The notes under the pieces are model-generated. The model saw nothing but the letters and a program-made list of their open reading frames with translations. It searched no databases and was not told the origin of the DNA. A stretch of 64,000 nt of DNA from Chrysomallon squamiferum (taxonomy: Eukaryota; Animalia; Mollusca), in the NCBI GenBank assembly GCA_012295275.1, contig CM022669.1:15438001-15502000 (forward strand), read 5' to 3'. How positions within the stretch are numbered: position 1 is the stretch's first letter; each line of letters starts with the position of its first letter. The translations under genes and the position numbers were made by a program. Below, in pieces: positions 58,712-64,000 of this stretch.

Positions 58712-60967
58712 GTACAAACACACACGCTCATAAACATACACATACTCACATATACTTACTACATAAAACGACACAAATTCACACACATATGCATAGGTAA
58801 CACAAGTAACACTGAAGTATTTAACAAGATCTAACAATACCTGATTTTTTTGTTGCTGGTGTTTTTTTTTGTTTGTTTTTTTGTAAAAGTACATTTGTAC
58901 TTTATAACTTCCATGATCAGGCCGTTAAGTGAATTTGTAAAAAAAAATCCCTCTTTAGTTAAATTCGGTATTGCTGATATTCGAGAAGATCAAAGTATTT
59001 AGGTTTACTGAACTCTCGAGTTAACAACCCAGATAACGACATCATTAAGAAATAACACGATTGACTGAAAGATGTTGTTGTCAGCTGATCAATTTCAGCT
59101 ATTTATTTCATACGTTCAACGAGTAATAGGAGTAATAAAAAGAAAGAAATAAAAAAAATAAAAATAATAAAAATAAAAATGATAGAAAAATTATATTCTT
59201 GATAAAAACAATAATGACATAAAATACGAAAACAGAAAAGTTTAAAAAAATAAAAATAAACAAATAATAATAAAACAACATAAACAAAAACAACAACAAA
59301 AGAAGAAGAAAAAAACAAAACAAAAACGACAACAAACCTCCTCAAAGCCGACCCCCCTCCCCAGTAAACAAAGATTCATGAAAACAACGTTAATAACTAA
59401 AGTTCACTGTCATTAAAAACAAAAGAAAGAAACGGATATACGTATGGATACTGAAATATCAGTAACAATTAATGTTGCCGAGTCAGATATATCAAGATAA
59501 CTGGTTCACCAAGTACTTTATCATCTTCAGACTTCTTCATAACAAACTTCAAGACAAATTAAATAAAAACAAAGGTGAATTAGGTTCTTGACCCTTACAC
59601 AGGTCTTCTTCACGCGATCGTGTTTGAGATAAATCTATGCCTGACAGTCCTTTCTTTCACATTCTTCACCAAAAGGAATCCCCTGTGGTTTGTGTACTGC
59701 AAACAGCACCTGTGTTCGTGCTGACGTTTGCCTGTAAGGTGTGTGTTTATTAAAGATGATGACAAAGATGATGCGTTGGGTGAACTCAGAGAACGTTGTG
59801 AAAAACGTCTGTTAATAAGAGGTCGAGACGAGCGCAAACATCTGAGCCATGCAAATGTTCTGTCGGTCGTTGCTCTCTTTTTCGATCTAAAATTGGTTTT
59901 ACGCGATTCGAAAATAAAATGAAGCTAAAATTAAGTGTTGTTTTTTTTTTTGGTTTAATATATCAAATTTTTATTTTCTATGGTTGTTTTTTTTTTTTTA
60001 TCCTTTTTTTTTTTTTTTTTTTTGATGTGGTAATAACATATTTCTTGTCTCTTTTTCCTCGCATTTCTATCTCTTGCATCTAAGAACATTTTTATTTAGA
60101 GTGATGAAATAAAGCGTTTAATAAATACTTAGTATATTCACTCCTTCATTCCTTCATTCATTCATTCCATCTCGTCTCAGTTTATCTTTCTGTCACTGTG
60201 AACTGTTGTTCGGTGTTTGTAACGCAGAAGTAATAAAATAACGTAGAAGTGATAAAATAACGTGTAAAATATTCATTCGTTCGTTCGTTCGTCCGTCCGT
60301 TCATTCATTAACACATTTCTGTCACTGTCTACTGTCGCTCCTTGTTTGTGCTGGAGCTAAAAAAGACTGTCTGCTGCCAGTGTGTATTTTCCCCACTCAA
60401 TCCGTCTCCTAGCAACGTGCACTTTAACGTCTTTGTTTCTGTTTTGTACAAACCTGACACCCGCGTAGAGCATTGTTTTTTTTGTTGTTGTTTTTTGTCA
60501 GCATTCGCGCGGCGGGTTGTAACATTGGAGAAAATGATACACGCAGAAACTCGAAGTGTTGTCGAGTGCTCTAATTAATGAAATGTAATAATGTAGGTAG
60601 ATATGATAGATGTCATGTATCAGCGTCTCGCCTTTCCTTCGTACCAGGTCTGATAATGTACGGCAAGACCTTGTTGTTGATTCAGTCGCTTAGCCTGGGC
60701 GAAAATGTCGCGAATAACTCGTAGCTGAGAAAGCAGTGAAAGTGGAAAGATGAAGAACAAGGAAAGAGAACGTATTTCTTTTTTTGGCGAGAGAGAGAGA
60801 GAGACAGACAGACAGAAGGAAAGAGAGAGGGTTCTGATAGAGACATAAAAAGAAAGATATGAAGATAATGAGAGAGTAAAAGAGAGGGAGAGAGAGAGAG
60901 AGGGAAAGACAGGTGAATGAATTAGCGAGACAGAGGAAAAGCAACAAGATAGAATGACAATATGTCT

Positions 60968-60970
<3 letters not shown>

Positions 60971-61045
<75 letters not shown>
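60971..61045. repeat. (TG)n microsatellite
   Basis: Read directly. Confidence 0.97.
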
Positions 61046-61046
<1 letters not shown>

Positions 61047-62400
61047 TATGTATTGATAAACAGAAAACGATACACAGTGAAATATAGGGACAGAGGTGGC
61101 TAAGACGGATGGAGTAACACCGTAACTCAGTTTAACCTAATCAATCTTTTCAAGACAGCGTCAAACTTAATTTTCAAAAAGCAGTTTTACGTTGAATCGC
61201 TTCGCAATATAACTTTCAGACTGTATTATTAAGTTAGCGGACAGAATGATAGAGAGATGGACACAAATAGATATAGAAAGCGGCTTCAGAATGATCGAGA
61301 CCTGGTAATTTAGTAGCAACATTCTCCTGGCGAATGTGCGGAGACCAATGCAGCTAAACTAAGCCAATCGCTTTGACGAAGAAGTAAATGCATTACCACA
61401 TGGCTGTGATATATCTGAACGATCCTTCGCATTATAAAATCAGATTTAAATGTGGCTGCAAGGAAATCCTGTCTGAAATGCACTCACAGGTGTATTAACA
61501 TCCTAAGTCGTTGATGAAAGGTAAAGAAAAAAAGCGTCGGAGAAAAAGCGTCGGTAGAGGATGAAAGATCATGAAAAGGCGGTCTAATGGTCTGTCAGTT
61601 TCAGACTGGTGTCAAGAATCAACAGAAAGAGAATAGATGTAATAGATTAAAAAAGTAATAAGTAAATAAAAGAATAAGGAGAAAAAGGTAAGAAGACGCG
61701 ATGGTAGGAAAAAAGGAAACAGGAAGAAAGAACGAGAATAAAAAGATGTTTTTTTTCATGTATGATCTGCGTGTATACACGTACCTACCTACCTGTTTGT
61801 GTGTGCATGTGTTTGTATCACTCACTCTCTCTCTCTCTCACTCTCTTTCGCTCGCTCGCTCTCTCTCTCTCTATCTATCTCTCTCTCTCTCTCTCTTTTA
61901 CCTAGATACACATGAACACAGACACATAATCATCTGAAAGAACGGACAAAGCTAAACGCTAATTCTTCTCTTAACTGACTAACACAAAAATCACAGGCAC
62001 CGTTAAAGTAAACATATTTTATTTTTAATGTGGCGGTGATAAGTTGAGAATGTTAAGATAGATGAGAAAATAAAAATCTGCAAGCTGTTTCTATCTCTCT
62101 CACAGATAACGAAGCTAATTTAGGAGTTTACGCACTGTTTACACGACGTATTCCGGCTCAGAACCTTCAACCCTCAGATATCCCCTGCTTCCACAGTGTA
62201 TAGGGACACCACACTGTCAGTCTTAAAATGGATTAATTTCACCTTTATCTGCAAGTCAGCGTACTCGTCGATATCAACAAAAATAAAAACATAATACTGC
62301 TGCTAGCAATAAAAAAAAAAAATTAGCCTTATCGTTCACGATATCAACACCTCTTCTTACAGAGTTATCGTTCGTAGCTTCTAGAAAGTGTGCACAGTCG

Positions 62401-62402
<2 letters not shown>

Positions 62403-62444
<42 letters not shown>
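62403..62444. repeat. (TA)n microsatellite
   Basis: Read directly. Confidence 0.97.
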
Positions 62445-62445
<1 letters not shown>

Positions 62446-62696
62446 GATTGGAAATGTTAATAGTTTTTTTTTACCAGTATATCGTTATTTGTGTTTTGAT
62501 AGGTTATTTCTTTTTGTCATCGATGTTTTAAAGGATTACTCGTAATCCATGTCGTGTTTGTTATTTTCTAGCTATTTTATAAAAATTTTATAAAACGTAA
62601 CGTTGTAATGCTATATTTTGGTTACTGTGTTAGTGCAGATGATGGACAAATAGTATTAATACTGATGTTACGGTATACTCATTAATCCTCTCTAAC

Positions 62697-62727
<31 letters not shown>

Positions 62728-63299
62728 CTATGTATGTATACTTCACCAAAGTTAACTCAACTGCCTATATATTGTCATTAAATCACTCTTTCTTTTCCCA
62801 TGCATATACCTTATAGAAAAACACGTACATCTAAGGTTCGCTCTCGTAGTTTCAGTTAAAATACACACACACACACACACGCACACACAGAACACACAGA
62901 GAAAAACCCACGCAGATACTCAAAAGACACGCGAGCCTTTGTCTCTGACCCGATTTCACACATCAGCGAGAAACGAACCCGGAAACCTCGACATAAATAG
63001 ATCACAGATCGCAGATTTAATTCATTAATGGACTGAACATACCCAACAGCGATCGATTTTGTCAGTCAAACGCGGCTTCGTTTAAGGTCTGGTTAGTTCC
63101 ATTCACAAGCGGATGGTAAATATTAAGTCTGAAAATAAGCAGTAAATACGGCACCGTTTCAGGATATCCTCCACTTAAAGTCCCTTCAGTTAAACAAACC
63201 GCGCCTGCGTCGATTCAGATAAACGACGACACCGTTCAGGATAAAACTCTTCCCATTAAAAGTTAGCATTTCCGAGATTAAAGGTTCTGATCACAAAGG

Positions 63300-63335
<36 letters not shown>

Positions 63336-64000
63336 GAAAAGAAGTTTGTGTTTCGAGATGAAAGATTTTGATCACATAGTTAGTAACATTTGCACTTCAT
63401 TCATAATTGCTGTTTGCGTCTTTAATTCACCCTGATGGGCGATATTAAAAGTTATTTTCTTTAATAATCCACTTTGGATGTTCAGCTTGTCTTTAAAAGT
63501 GTTATTAATGTGCAGAATTGACTGCTAAGTTGCATATGTTAATGATGCTAGCGAGTTAAGCATAGTTAGTATTCAGTAACATATAGTTCATAATTTGTTG
63601 ATGACGGAAAACGAAAGATGGTGAAGTAGATGCTTTGAATGGGTGGATTAATACAGGACTTATCATGGAAGCATATAAAAATAAAATAAATATACCGATT
63701 GGTTTGCTAGATCGTTTCGTACTTTGGTAAAGAGATACTAATTGATTTAGAGATGGAAAATAGGTAGATAACAGAGAGAAAGGAAGACAAACAGACAGAC
63801 AGACATATAAATAGGAGATTGGTAGGAATAGATAGGTAGGTAGGTGGTTAGATATATCATAAGATACATAGTTAATTAGATAATAGAGAGATAGACAAAT
63901 AGATAAACAGAAACGGAGTCACAGAGACTGACAAACTGACGGAGGCAAAAGACTGATATAGATTTCTCGTGGATACGTCCGCACTGAATACGTAGGTATG

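Overview
AT-rich, microsatellite-dense eukaryotic (animal) genomic DNA. The only coding sequence I can support is two minus-strand exons (29266-29470 and 2558-2843) of a rhodopsin-class neuropeptide GPCR of the GnRH/AKH/corazonin receptor superfamily, most similar to corazonin receptors (the molluscan 'GnRH receptor' type). The two exons splice in frame across a 26.4-kb phase-1 GT-AG intron and encode the end of TM4, ECL2, TM5, ICL3, TM6, TM7 and helix 8. I found neither the TM1-TM4 exon(s) nor the last C-terminal exon, so the gene probably spans more than the whole window and nearly everything else here is intron. That intronic DNA holds dozens of microsatellites, several minisatellites and local duplications, decayed tRNA-type SINE fragments and a few CpG-richer islands. 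Almost all other ORFs in the track are translated simple repeats. The host is probably a mollusc (inference). I did not find a clearly novel biological system. The most unusual signals are a sharp GC3 contrast between the two exons, a possible read-through C-terminus, five perfect CRE palindromes in the introns, and a frame-preserving 30-bp minisatellite.
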